DNA of 64,000 nucleotides from Bugula neritina (lineage: Eukaryota; Animalia; Bryozoa): contig OZ037765.1 of assembly GCA_964035545.1 (NCBI GenBank), positions 12,286,698 to 12,350,697 of the forward strand, given 5' to 3'. Position 1 is the stretch's first letter. Each line of letters starts with the position of its first letter. The position numbers and the translations under genes are program-made. The notes under the pieces are model-generated. The model did no database searches. It saw nothing but the letters and a program-made list of their open reading frames with translations, and was not told the origin of the DNA. Below are positions 14,160 through 38,105 of the stretch, one piece after another.

Positions 14160-15420
14160 CTTTAACACTTTTAGTAATAAGAAATAAAAAAGTTGTTGTT
14201 GTTGATAATAATACTGTTATAATCAGGTTATACTGTTCTACTTCAATATTTATGGTAATAGTTTAGATTTTACAACATTATTGTGGTAGGTATTATGGCA
14301 ATAACAATGATCCTATATCTTATATTCACTAGGAAAATCTCGGTTTAAATAAATATTAAAATAAAGAGTAATATTATGATTATCATAATCATTACTAATT
14401 ACACTTACAGTAAGTGTGGTTAGTGACTCAAGGCTACTTATTAGATTTAATCTGACTTTTAGTTATTACTTAAAGTTGATGTTATACTTGTAAGTTAAAA
14501 CTTGTAAGCTGTAGCTATTAGGCTTAGCTGGCAACTAAATTCAAGCACAATGAGTATCAGTATGACAATGTTAATGTAAGACAAGGCAATGAAATTGAAT
14601 GTCACCATAATCAAAATGATAATGATAAACTTTAAGTGTAACTTTAACCTACACTTATAGTTATAGACTTAAGCATTCATATTAAAATAATCATAAACTA
14701 AAACATGAAGAGCATCAACATGATTAATGATAATCATGACCACCACTATTACCAAGTTTAAGTGAAGTTCTAAGCGGTCATGATTTTCGTTATCATTATC
14801 ATTTGATGATCATGGGGATTAACTTCAAGTACTCAGTCTGAGTCCCACAGGCTACATGCCTATGGGCTATGGCTACGAGTACCTATTCATAATGATAATA
14901 TAATCAACTACAATTTCAACTACTACTAGTACTACCAGAAGTACTAGTAGAACCAGATCATCAATTTCAAGTTCAACTTTAAATCTTCAAGTTTAGGCAA
15001 GATGAAGAACTAAGATAAACTACAATATCATTAATATTAAGCATTAAATTTATTTTTAAATTAAAATTCAAGGAATTTGAAATTTGTAGCCTTTACTGTT
15101 ACCTACATCTAAACTTCAACTAGTCAACAACAACATCTATTTAAAGCTTGAGTCTGACTAACTTTTAGATTCTCTCACACTCTAACTCTAAGTCTAACAC
15201 TAACAGTAGCACTATGAGTATGAGTATGACTAACTGTAACACTGTAACAGTAGCAATTAAAAATTGAAATTTAAACACCAACAGTAACACTAACTTCCAT
15301 ATTCATACTCATATTGATATTAAATTTAAAAATAATTATACTTAATTTTATAATATATCGAATTCAATATCAATAACAGTTAGGTACTTTTCACTTTAAT
15401 TTTATAACTTACAGTTACAC
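14160..15420. repeat. Cryptic ~6-bp periodic micro-duplication/palindrome tract (T1)
   Basis: Examples: atgagtatgagtatgac, taactgtaacactgtaacag, ctaactctaagtctaacactaac; near-palindromes acacttacagtaagtgt and atgattatcataatcat. Confidence 0.65.
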
Positions 15421-15424
15421 TACC

Positions 15425-15990
15425 CTACGCACGCTGATACTTAGAGCTGGTGAGAGATTTTTCCACCCTGGCACCTACCAGTGATATTGTTTCTGTTTGG
15501 TTCGAAATTAATTAAAGAAATAGTATATACACTATGACTATACAGCTACAGGTATCCTAATTTCTACATTGACCTAGTTTGTGGACCGCTATCTTTATTA
15601 TTTAAATCAACATGCCGCTTGTGTGCAAGTTGAACCATTTTCACAAGTGCCCGCTTTGGCTTTTGACCTCACACTTATCCAATCTCTGAGTCAGTTCAAC
15701 TGAAATTGGTTCTGAATGGACAGTGTATATGCGGTCAAAATATTACGTAATAGAGTTATCCTCTCAATACCTAAAACACATCCTGCTATTTAACAGCTAT
15801 ATAACGACATTAGTATATATTATTATTATCTATTGTAACCCTTTTACAAATTCGGAAAAAACCTATGGCACTACGTCGTAGTATTTTCATTATGGGTTTC
15901 AACTATTTACTATCATTTATTAGCCCCGTGACTATCGATATTTCCCATTTTTAATTTGTTTCCGGTACAAACAAATGAAAATGGTTATAC
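15425..15990. promoter_or_regulatory. Putative bidirectional promoter island (orphan gene / SEC14L1)
   Basis: Normal-complexity island with several CpGs between two low-complexity tracts and between divergent genes; contains TGACCTAGTTT at ~15570. Inference only. Confidence 0.35.
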
Positions 15991-16399
15991 TTATAGCTGT
16001 AGTAATTCAAACAGTAATTCACTAATCAAACATATTGGTAATACAATAGCTCTAAATTAAGTAGACATTAAACTTGATATTTTATTTTAATAACATTATA
16101 TTCATTCATTGATTATTCTGAAAGTACAATTTGAATTTAGGTGTTTAACTTTATATTATAACTATAAGTAATAAATTATATTTATTTAATTTTATATTAT
16201 TATTAATATTATATGATTAATGTTATAAAATTTAATTATTATAATTATAATTCTCATAAAACATGTGTATCTGTGTGGAGTCTCTAGACTCACAAAGAGG
16301 AAGAGGAGACTTTCACGGAGGAGTGTTATGAAGGCGTGACTTCAGAGATTCTAAGGTCTCTGATTCAGATTGTCCTGGAAACTAGAACGAAACTATGTT

Positions 16400-17345
16400 A
16401 AAATTTGTTGGTAATGAACGAGGAATATGTCTGGACATGTTACGTGTTAAGATAGATAGACAATTAGTTTGTTATTGGAAGGTATTAATAATTTCAGAAC
16501 AAACATTTTCATTAGCTAGAAATTAAAGTAGTATTTTTATACCGCTTGATTTTCTACGTGGCTCTAACATTTCTATATTTAGCTGTTCTCGAACCTTGGT
16601 TGTACTTTGAATTCTTTTTAAACTCAATATAAACCGCAGTGCCTTGTTCTGGACTAGTTTTAGTTTGTATATGTTTTTCAAACAATGGGGGTCCCATACT
16701 TCACTGGAGTATTCTAGCACTGGCCTAGCTAATGTTGGATACGCCAACATCTTGACTTTTTCGGGAGCATTATGTAATGTCGATTTTATGTAACCTAGAA
16801 TTTTAGTGGCTTTAGTAATTGTAGTAATATGTTTTTCCCATTCAAAACTATTGTTAATGTGAATGCCAAGGTATTTTATGATATCCGTAATAGTTAGTGT
16901 GGTGTTGCACAAATTGTATTTTATTGTATCTAAATTAAAATGAGTTTTGCCAAAAAGTATTAAGCTACACTTAGTGGGATTAAATTTTCCATAGCAGAGC
17001 CTAGCTTTCTAACTGGTGGAGATCATTCTGAAAAGATACAATAGATGACTAATTGACCAACGGTGAAAACATTAAAGTAGCAAAGAGTTTTATAGATACA
17101 TGAGAAAATAAAATTGAATATATCATTAATATATACTAGGAACAGTGATGGGCCAAGAACTGAACCTCGAGGGACACTCGACAATACTTAGCTTTTTCAA
17201 ACAAAGTTCCCTCTACTAACAACCATTGATACCTATTTTTTAAACGGGCTCAATCCACTTTACTAGTACAGTTGGCACGTTATATTGGCAAAGCTTTTTC
17301 AAAGTATGAGAGAAGAGACTTTATCAAAGGCTTTACAGAAATCAT
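16400..17345 (-). pseudogene. Decayed non-LTR retrotransposon (CR1/L2-like) reverse transcriptase fragment
   Basis: Frameshifted motifs DFCKAFDKV, VPRGSVLGPSLFLVYINDI, KYLGIHI..WEKHI, LARPVLEYSSEVWDP..LVQNKALRFI. Confidence 0.85.
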
Positions 17346-17349
17346 ACCC

Positions 17350-18190
17350 ATAGTCATGCTCATAGTATTAGTGTATTACTATTACTATTAGTAAGACTAG
17401 TAAGTCATACTCATAATCATAATGATAACATTAACTGATTAGAGTAAGACTAAGATTAAATTGTAAGACTAACTTAGACTAAGTTGAAGTCATTACTGAT
17501 AACTGATAATGATGGTGATAACGGTAATCCTTAGCTTTGCCTTTGGCTTTACAATTACTCATGTAGGCTTACCTTAGGCTAAGACTTAGGGCTAGGCTCA
17601 AATATAGAAATAAACACTAATACTAACGCTATAACTAATAGAAATACCAATGGCAATAATAATAGTAAATGTTAATGTAATGGGTGTATAAATATAATTA
17701 TTCTTATTAAAGTAGCTGTAATAGTAATACTACTACTAATAGGAATACTAATAGACTAATCATAATACGAATCTCTTTGTATTACAGCTACTTTAAAAAT
17801 TCAATAACATATTTATTACTTATACTTTACACCTACAGTAATACTAATAGTAATACTACTACTTATACCAATAGTAATAGTTAATAACTAATAATTACAA
17901 GTAATAACTAATAAACTTGAAGTTATGAAGTTAAGCCTAAACAGTTGGAGTATAAACTAAAACTGAACTACTAACTGTAAGAATTTGCTATAACTCTGAC
18001 TGATGACTATGCCTACCAATGGTATTATCCATTATTTTTATTGTTGTGCTTTTTAGTCATACTTTGTACTAATAGTAATAACTATAAGTGTAAGTAATAA
18101 GTATTATCATAACCAATAGCTACTAATTGTAATGGTATAAATATGGATATCTACATAGATACCGTTATTCATTAACTTTCTTAGTCCAAA
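17350..18190. repeat. Cryptic ~6-bp periodic tract (T2)
   Basis: Examples: attactattactatta, agactaacttagactaag, actgataactgataa, ccttaggctaagacttagggctagg, actaatagtaataactact. Confidence 0.65.
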
Positions 18191-18207
18191 TAATTTTATC
18201 AACTTAA

Positions 18208-18976
18208 AGGATTGCTCAATCTTAGTTTATTACAATCACATTATAATTATGAACTATAATTTAATGTGTATGCAAACAATTGTGACTTTGCAAAGGGATA
18301 TGTGCCTAGAAAACAGCTTTTCAAAATTCCAATTTTGAGGGCGGTGAAATTTTCAGCCATGAAAAAGAATAGCCTAATACGTGACGTGTGAACGCCAGTA
18401 ACTATGCTGCACGTGCTAACTATAACGCTAGTATTCAAGGTTGCTGAGCACAATATCAACCAATAACGCTCAAGCAGTTACAGTGCGCTATATAGGTCAA
18501 CTTTGGTGCGCCCGTAATATTGCACAATCTGACCTAGTTTAGATCGATCGCAGGCATTCATCCTAAAGAATGCATGCTTTTGCAATGCTTTTTTCTAATG
18601 GTTACAAGCAAAATATAGCCTAATGTTATTACATACATGTTATTTAGAATGTCAAAAAACTATAGATTAAGATAATTCACATTTGCACTTCTATAAATAT
18701 ACAAATTACGAGCTGAAAGATCACATCTCACAGTCATATTTCTATAGTTATTCATTTGTATAGTCACGTGACCAGCAGGAATGCTGGCGCTGTTACGTCA
18801 CAGTTCCCAGCTCATTTCAAAATCGGCGTTTTGGCTGTTACCAATCTACACCCTCAACTTCAACTAACTTTTTCTACCTTTGGTCAAATGCTTTTTGTCA
18901 ATGCATGCTTAGAAAAACACAATATTATGTGTGTTTGACCTAAATCGCCATTTATTAGACAAGATAGAGCAATCCT
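18208..18976. mobile_element. Non-autonomous Kolobok-like DNA transposon
   Basis: TTAA flanks (18204-18207, 18977-18980); TIRs AGGATTGCTCAATCTT / AAGATAGAGCAATCCT; purine-purine termini as in Kolobok. Confidence 0.75.
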
Positions 18977-19662
18977 TTAAGTGATTGCTGTTATTACTAG
19001 TTGAAAATAAATGATGAATACTAAAATAGCCGGCACAATGAATGTCAATGTTGAATGCTCATGAAAATGAAAATTATAGAATTTAAATTAGTCATAGACT
19101 TAGTCTTAATTTGAGCTGTAACGGGTAGTAATAAAGTTTAATAATTGCATATTAAAGCAATTTCTATGCCAATTGATGAAGTAATGTGCTACCACCCAAT
19201 ATGCATTAATTTGTAGCTTTATTTACTGCATTTTATTTTTATAGTAAGTCACTAAATAATAATTCCTCAATATCTCACATGTAAATATTTGTGTTTAAAA
19301 GCATTCATGTAGTGTTAATTTTTGAAATATCAGGAAAAAATGAAATTTTAGTTGAATGTTGCATCATCACCAGCTACACAAAACATATCAAAGGCGGAAA
19401 ATAATATTATGCAAAATATTTTAACTTTTTAGGTTTGGGTATGCAATTATTGTTCCACTAACCTGTTTAGTTTTTACTAATCCACGTTGGTTATTGTATC
19501 AATAATTGACCCACTGACCAAATGTTCCATTATTTTCCCCTCATGTTTATTTACTTACATGCTGCATGTGGCTTGTACATTCTGTCTATTTTTAGGAAAA
19601 ATATGAGTATCATAAATCATTTATTTGCAGGACTCATTACTGTTTGACTTGGGATATAAGAA

Positions 19663-30718
<11,056 letters not shown>

Positions 30719-30772
30719 ATTGTGGAAGAGATGGTGAAGAAGTAGATTCTACAAAACTGTTCTCACCATAAT

Positions 30773-33637
30773 AGAGGGGTTTCAGACATCCCTCCAGAGG
30801 AATTTGTATTTTAAAGTTGTCTCCCCCTACAGGTATTAGGGGCAGTCTCAATGATATATAGAAGGCCCATAAAATAAGTAGAGATGTATGGTTTGAGTGA
30901 AAACTACTACTAGTATAAGTTTCATTTTTTCTGAGATTAATATTTTGGCATAGGTACACATATGAGCAGTTTCAGAAATTTTTTAAAAAATTTTGTTAAT
31001 GATAAATGGCACAAAAAGAAAACTTCAAAGCATATTTGTGGTTTTGGTTATTGAGCAAATCTGAAGCTGGCAGCTGTCATTATTATTTGCTTTGCTGACT
31101 GTAACCAGTCTGGTTAGAGCTGCTAACCTTTCAACTCTTAGAACAATAATAACATGCTCGTACACTATATAGCTGCACTAGTGGGCTCTGTCTTACTAAA
31201 CTCCAAATGCTCCAAATTATGGGTTGGAACACATGCCTGTACGTTTATGAAGGCACTGGCTCATTTGTATTAACATGTTCACGTACTTACACACCTATAC
31301 TATGAAAATAACTAAGCCACCCTACTATCTAATATTTCTAAATATCAAAAAAATTATTATAAATATAAAGATATGTATTAAAATAGATAGATTAAATTTG
31401 TAATTTCAGACAACATCTTATCTAAAAATGCCAAACACTGTATAACTATATATATTTTTTAAAAGCATTTGTTTACATGGCATGCCTGCAAGTCAATGAA
31501 AATATTTAAAGAACAGTAAAAAGAAGCATATAAATTTCAGAATAGTTTCTTCTTTTCTGAGATGAATATTTTGGAAATTTCCTACCATTCAACATTTAAA
31601 TTAAGTCTGTAAAAAAATTTCACAATGTATTTTCAATAAATAACTATTCTTGCAAGCTGTTTGTATATCAAAATTCCTAATAAAAAAATGTTTTTGGAGC
31701 ATTGTAAATTGTATACTGCTGCATTGCAGAAAAAAAATCATCATAAAAAAGCACTTTTCAGCCAAAGCAACTTATTTTGTTTTCAAAAAAAGTTGAAATG
31801 TACATTTAGTACCAGCTGTAAAGTATAGAAAGAACGAACTATGTCATAATGACTGCATTCTTATGACACTAATAAAATTAAGATTGGCTTTACTCCATAC
31901 GAATCTTGCTCAAAGGTGGAGTTCTAAATAATGCTACTAAGTTTCACTAAATTCCCAGATAATACTTTTTATATCAAATCATTTGGCTTTACTGATTTAG
32001 CTATATTATGTACATTTTGTACTTATTTGACTCTAGGTCAGTTTTCAGCCATATATTTGACCGCATTGCTATACTTCCTTTGTGCCAGCATTCTCTCCTT
32101 TATATCTTTTCTGTGGTTTCTAATAATTTTCAGTGGTATGTCATTGTATGTAAACTATGTGAACCATCAGGCTATCTCTTATACAATGCATGCTGCTATA
32201 AGAATAACAGCAGCTGTTTTGTATTCAATCAACCTCGTTGCAAGAATTTTGTTTGCTTGAAGCTCTCTGTTGAGTAGCTGTCTCTCTATATTACATAACT
32301 GCTTATTCAAGAAAGTGCACGATGAGAACTGTCCAACTTTAGCTGTCTAACTTAAATTACATTGTATAGGATTACATCACTACATAATAAGCTGATTAAA
32401 CAACACATATAAATCGGCCAAAAACACCACACACTTGACTAGCTCTAGTTTGACTCATTTATATTTCGAGTTTTTCACATTACTTGAACACGCTTTAGCC
32501 AATTTGTTGCATTATTTTTCATCCATACATGTAATACAAAGATTTAGTATATTATTTTTTAGGTTTGGATTGTCTAATAGGCAGGTATCGCAGATATTTA
32601 ATCAGACTGCGAAGTTGCTTAGAGAAGCTCTAAATCCAATGATAGTATTTTATCAACACAAGGAGGTTAATAAAACAATTCCACCTCAATGAACTTTGAC
32701 CTAGTTAACTAGACCACTGTAAAATGGCATGCCAGAACAAACACAAACCAGCTTGCAAGAATAATTATTCATTGAAAATACACTGTGAAAAATTCTTTTA
32801 CAGACTTAATTTAAATGTTGAATTGTGGGACATTTCCAAAATATTTATCTCAGAAAAGAAGAAACTATTCTGAAATTTATATGCTTCTTTTTACTGTTCT
32901 TTAAATATTTTCATTGACTTGCAGGCATGCCATGTAAACAAATGCTTTTAAAATATATATATAGTTATACAGTGTTTGGCATTTTTAGATAAGATGTTGT
33001 TTGAAATTACAAATTTAATCTATCTATTTTAATACATATCTTTATATTTATAATAATTTTTTTGATATATAGAAATATTAGATAGTAGGGTGGCTTAGTT
33101 ATTTTCATAGTATAGGTGTGTAAGTACGTGAACATGTTAATACAAATGAGCCAGTGCCTTCATAAACGTACAGGCATGTGTTCCAACCCATAATTTGGAG
33201 CATTTGGAGTTTAGTAAGACAGAGCCCACTAGTGCAGCTATATAGTGTACGAGCATGTTATTATTGTTCTAAGAGTTGAAAGGTTAGCAGCTCTAACCAG
33301 ACTGGTTACAGTCAGCAAAGCAAATAATAATGACAGCTGCCAGCTTCAGATTTGCTCAATAACCAAAACCACAAATATGCTTTGAAGTTTTCTTTTTGTG
33401 CCATTTATCATTAACAAAATTTTTTAAAAAATTTCTGAAACTGCTCATATGTGTACCTATGCCAAAATATTAATCTCAGAAAAAATGAAACTTATACTAG
33501 TAGTAGTTTTCACTCAAACCATACATCTCTACTTATTTTATGGGCCTTCTATATATCATTGAGACTGCCCCTAATACCTGTAGGGGGAGACAACTTTAAA
33601 ATACAAATTCCTCTGGAGGGATGTCTGAAACCCCTCT
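30773..33637 (+). mobile_element. Non-autonomous ISL2EU/Harbinger-like DNA transposon with ~890-bp TIRs and a transposase HTH remnant
   Basis: 30773-~31665 is the reverse complement of ~32743-33637; termini AGAGGGG..CCCCTCT flanked by AT on both sides. The spacer encodes CILMTLIKLRLALLHTNLAQR | FGLSNRQVSQIFNQTAKLLREALNPMIVF.., the LxKLRL..LAxRFGxS..VSxIF helix-turn-helix that precedes DDE_Tnp_4 transposases. Confidence 0.85.
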
Positions 33638-34583
33638 ATTCATTTCTCTCTTTCCATGTCAATGCTTAAGTATATCATGCCAGTCAGTTTTTTACATTAA
33701 TTTTGTACTTTATTGGTGTATTGGAATAATTATTGATTCTCATTTTATATTGTGTTCTGAAATGATTTTGTTTGTTGGAAAGTCCAAAAATGCTCTCTGT
33801 GAATAAGTACATATGACCCAAGTTTTTCAACCAGAATGCTGAAGAAATTTTCGCTGTGCTCCCATGTTTGGTTGAAGGATTGCTAGTTGATATATTATTT
33901 TACGTAATTAGAAAATATCATCTACTTAGCTAATATTTGCATCCTAGAGGCAACAGATTACACAATGTGGGAGGGTAAAAGTGTCGTGTATAGATTATGA
34001 TGTTTAAATAGTACCAAAATAATACCTTTCTCAGAAGTGTTTATTTTCTTATAGAGTACAATGTATTTTTATAGTGTGCAAAACTTTAGGTTAGTTAGAA
34101 GTAATGAGCATCATAATTTGTAAGAAGTGCTAATTTCAGAATACTGTTAAATATAACCACAATGTTTCTTTATACCAAACTGTATTTACATATCACAAAA
34201 TATTTTGTTGTAAGGCCTTTATTTTTGTAGTTGGAAATTATAAAAATTCCTGAAAGTACCATTAAATTATAAGTTATATAAAACTTGGAACAATAAATAA
34301 CTGACTTGAAACACTGGTATGTGTATGCATATTTACATGACACTGAACAAAGCATTTACTTAAAAACTACTCGTATAATTTTTGCTAACATCTCAGGTTA
34401 TAAAATTTCACGCACATAATTTGTGTAGACCAAAAGGCAAAATATTTTTACAGTAGAAAAATATGCTTTACACATTTGAAATATGAACAAGTATATGCTC
34501 AACTCAAATGCATAACTAGCTAATCTCAATTGTCGAACATTGTGTAGTATATGAAAAAATTGCGCAAATCTACCAGAATTATC

Positions 34584-37500
34584 TCAGTTCTGATTTGACA
34601 GATGATAATTTTGAAATGGTCCCAATTTATCTGGAGACATCCAGGATAACCCCTTACTTGGAGAGCTGCCATAACTGTCAGGGACTGGCTTCTGTAACAC
34701 AACAATGATGAACCATATTTTATGTTATTGGCTCAGCCTATAAATTTCTATGTACAACTGTAAGTTGAGATAGTTTCTGTACAATTATATTTCCAAATGA
34801 ACTCCTAGGAAATGCATGCAAAAGCTCAACATTTTGTTTTAGTATATACTGCACAACAAAGGGGAATGAAAACTAAAATCTACACTTGACGGTATTAATT
34901 CGTGAAATTATAATGACTATGGCTGTATACCTGCATTATTTACCTTCTGATCTGCGAACATTTTCCGATGGGCTTCATCGTGTTTAAAATGATCCCAAGG
35001 CTCAAACCTAAAATATCACAACCCTAACTTTAAGATAAAGTCAACATTTGTAAAATTGCTTGTAAATATTTAATGAATTTTCAAGTTTTTATACCACACA
35101 GATATTATCACTAGCATAATTTACAGTTATATGAATCTGCAATTTTAAACCTGCAACAAAAAATGCACAAGATATAAATTCTACTACCATAAACACTGCA
35201 TGTACACAATACCTGAACAAATGGGGATCCTCGGATTTGGGCGGATCATAAAGTTTATCTAAGCACCTATTATTGCATTCTGATAGCTTATACTTGAAAA
35301 ACTCGAGATCTGTTTCATATCTACAAGAAATAGCAAAGTACACCTTCTAACAAATATTTTGATTGATTGATACGCAAGATACTGATTGTGGTTATCGTAC
35401 TTTCAACCTTGTCCCGCACATGGATATAAAATATAATATATATCTTAATATCAAGAAAAAAAAAAATCTGCGCAGGCATTCATATATACATATTACGTGC
35501 ACCAATTTTGCTAATGAATATAGCCCAGCCTCTGGCATCAAAAATGGTGTAGATTGGAATAAAACACTTACAGTTTTGCAGCCTCCGAATTTAAAGGATT
35601 TTTTGTATCAATCTTGTAAAATGACCTCTTGGCATACATGAGAACGTGCCAAACATGATTAACGTGACGTCTGTAACAAAATGCACACAACCACTAATAC
35701 TAGCTAACAACAAGGAACGTGTTCCAAGAGGCTACTTTCAGAACTACTATTGTTATTGAAAAATGCATGAGAGGGTATTCACACGATTAGCAGGTAATTG
35801 CAAAAGAAACTACCAGCATGCAATAAACTGTTAATAAATGTGATAGTTGGTTTCTGCAAGCTGTATAAGATTTTTAATAAAGAGTTAGGAAAATTGGCAA
35901 TATAACAATTGTATTGATTAGTTTACACTTGAATCGGTATTAAGAATTATTATTATTTTAGTATAAACATTCATGATTCATGATGACTAGCTAAGCACTC
36001 TGAAAGGCTGAAGCTTCAAACATGAATTAAACTGATTTATTTTTTACATTTTGAAATTACCACACACTTAATTAGAAAACCTTTAGCAAACTGCAACACA
36101 CAAATGCAATGTTTGGTAGGGCTGCAGATGTGAGCAATATAGTAGGTACATATTATGATAACATAACTGGCAGTGCTAAATGAAGTTATCAATTCATGCA
36201 CTAGCACACATACCCAGCAAGGCCCATCCTCATTGGTCTACGGGGTAACAACAAGACAACACTATGGCTAAGCACTTGAAATAAGTAAAGCAAATGAAAC
36301 GACTTTACATATAGCCCAACACATTGCTAGAGCAGCTCAAGTGCGTTACTCACTTCCACTTAGGAAAAGCTCTCTGGACATCCAGTTCACCAGTAGTTGG
36401 GTTGATGATAGGATGAAACAAAGGAGGATCAAATATTAGGCTCTGAAATTTACAAGATACAACGTTTATGGTTTAGCAATACTCTAACCAACATCTAGAG
36501 ATTAACTCAAATGAGTTGGTAAGTTTAAACTCCAGCAGTAAACTCAATTACCGGTATCCTAACGAATAAACCTAATATATAAAAACAGACTCAAATAGAG
36601 GAATATAAACTACTAAATAACAACTTAGCCATCCCCATAAAAATCATAATGCCATTATCATAAAATACTTAAACAAAACATGTTACCAAACATAATATGT
36701 TTGGCAACATGTCACCATGTCATTCTTGACACCAGCTAATAATAGCTGGTGTCAAGAATTGATCACATAACATAATGTTAATACATTTGATAACAAGGAA
36801 AATAAATGATTGAAATGTAACATTATCCTAACCACAATATATAAACCTACAGGACAATCTGCATCCGGGTAAGTGTCAGGTATGAACAACTGAAACCTGT
36901 AAACACCTCCTTGATATAAACCATGTCGTATAAACATCACTCCGTGCCACACTAGAAAATAAACAAATTGCTACATGTTAAACATTACATATTTTTACAT
37001 ACAAAATGTAACAGGAAGTCTCGAAAAATAAAAAAAAGAAATTTAATTTACTTTACTTTACCAACCATAATCGGCACAAAAATACTTCTAATGGAGTATC
37101 TGCTGCTTTCATTTGATTTCACTATTTTGTAACTCTATGGCCAGATTCACACTTTACTGTAATGTCTATGGTACCGTCAAATGTCAGCCATTTTAACGTG
37201 TCTGGGCTGAAGTTCTCAAAGTCGGCTATTGGGTAAGATCCATGACACCTCATTGATAATTTATATTCAATGAGTTGACGCGACCGTCTTCACGTCCAAT
37301 AGGAGCCCGCTGTAATTTTTCTTATAAAGTAGTGCTTGATCCTTGACGTACTGCAACACCGTACAGTCAGCCCAGACATTTTTAAAAGTGGCTGACATTT
37401 TACATTACGGCAAAGTGTGTCTATGAGGTATAAAGCAAGTCTAAATAAGTAAAATATTTTACTCACTTAATGGGGTCAAAGATGATGGAATCACATAAAC

Positions 37501-38105
37501 TCCACCCAGAGACTTTTGTTTGTGAAGGAGATCACTACAAACAATAATTATAAACTATACAAGGAATGGTACATGAAATTTCAGAAATAAAATGTTTTTC
37601 ACTTGACTTATAGCTTTCAATAGACTATCAAGAAAAATTCCTGCATTAAAATTAAACCACACTGTTGCAATATATCGACTTACTATTCAGCCATTAAGCA
37701 GTACTCTAAGAAGTATGGCCCGTAGCTATGCCCTCCCTTAGGAGTAGCTGTCTTAGGGTCTATCATTTTCTGTGCTAATTTAGCTTGTGTAGACATGTCT
37801 GTCAGGGGAAGCGGCTTTTTTATTATCCGAGAAGAATTTTCTTTGAGCGAATCGTTGGCACTGCTACTGTTAGGCTACATAAATATACCTTTCATATTTA
37901 TTTGAGTATATGAGAACTTACAAAACATATGGAAAAAGTATGTATACTTTACTTGACAGATGATAGCAATTGTCCAGAGCAAATGAACTTTATGTTGACA
38001 ACAATCAAGATACTATAAAATAGAGCTATAACATCATGCATATGTTGCTGTTGACACAATTTGAAGATGACATACTGTAGTGCTGAGGCTACTTCTATCT
38101 TCCAT
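34584..38105 (-). CDS. AKTIP: AKT-interacting protein (FTS; UBC-like), 9 coding exons
   Basis: [10 protein letters not shown] | ..[15 protein letters not shown] | ..GVYVIPS..LM | [26 protein letters not shown] | [22 protein letters not shown] | [26 protein letters not shown] | YETDLEFFK | FEPWD..HDEA | GLSWMSP..NQN*. Phases are consistent. Confidence 0.95.
37139..37427. mobile_element. MITE-like element (Harbinger-like) in an AKTIP intron
   Basis: Inverted arms aaatgtcagcca..tgtctgggctga / tcagcccagaca..tggctgacattt, with outer cacactttactgtaatgt / acattacggcaaagtgtg. Confidence 0.55.

Noticed and set aside
31931-32277. Hydrophobic ORFs in the TIR element spacer as a cargo gene
   Set aside because: They fall inside the inferred transposase intron, are AT-rich, and show no recognisable domain.
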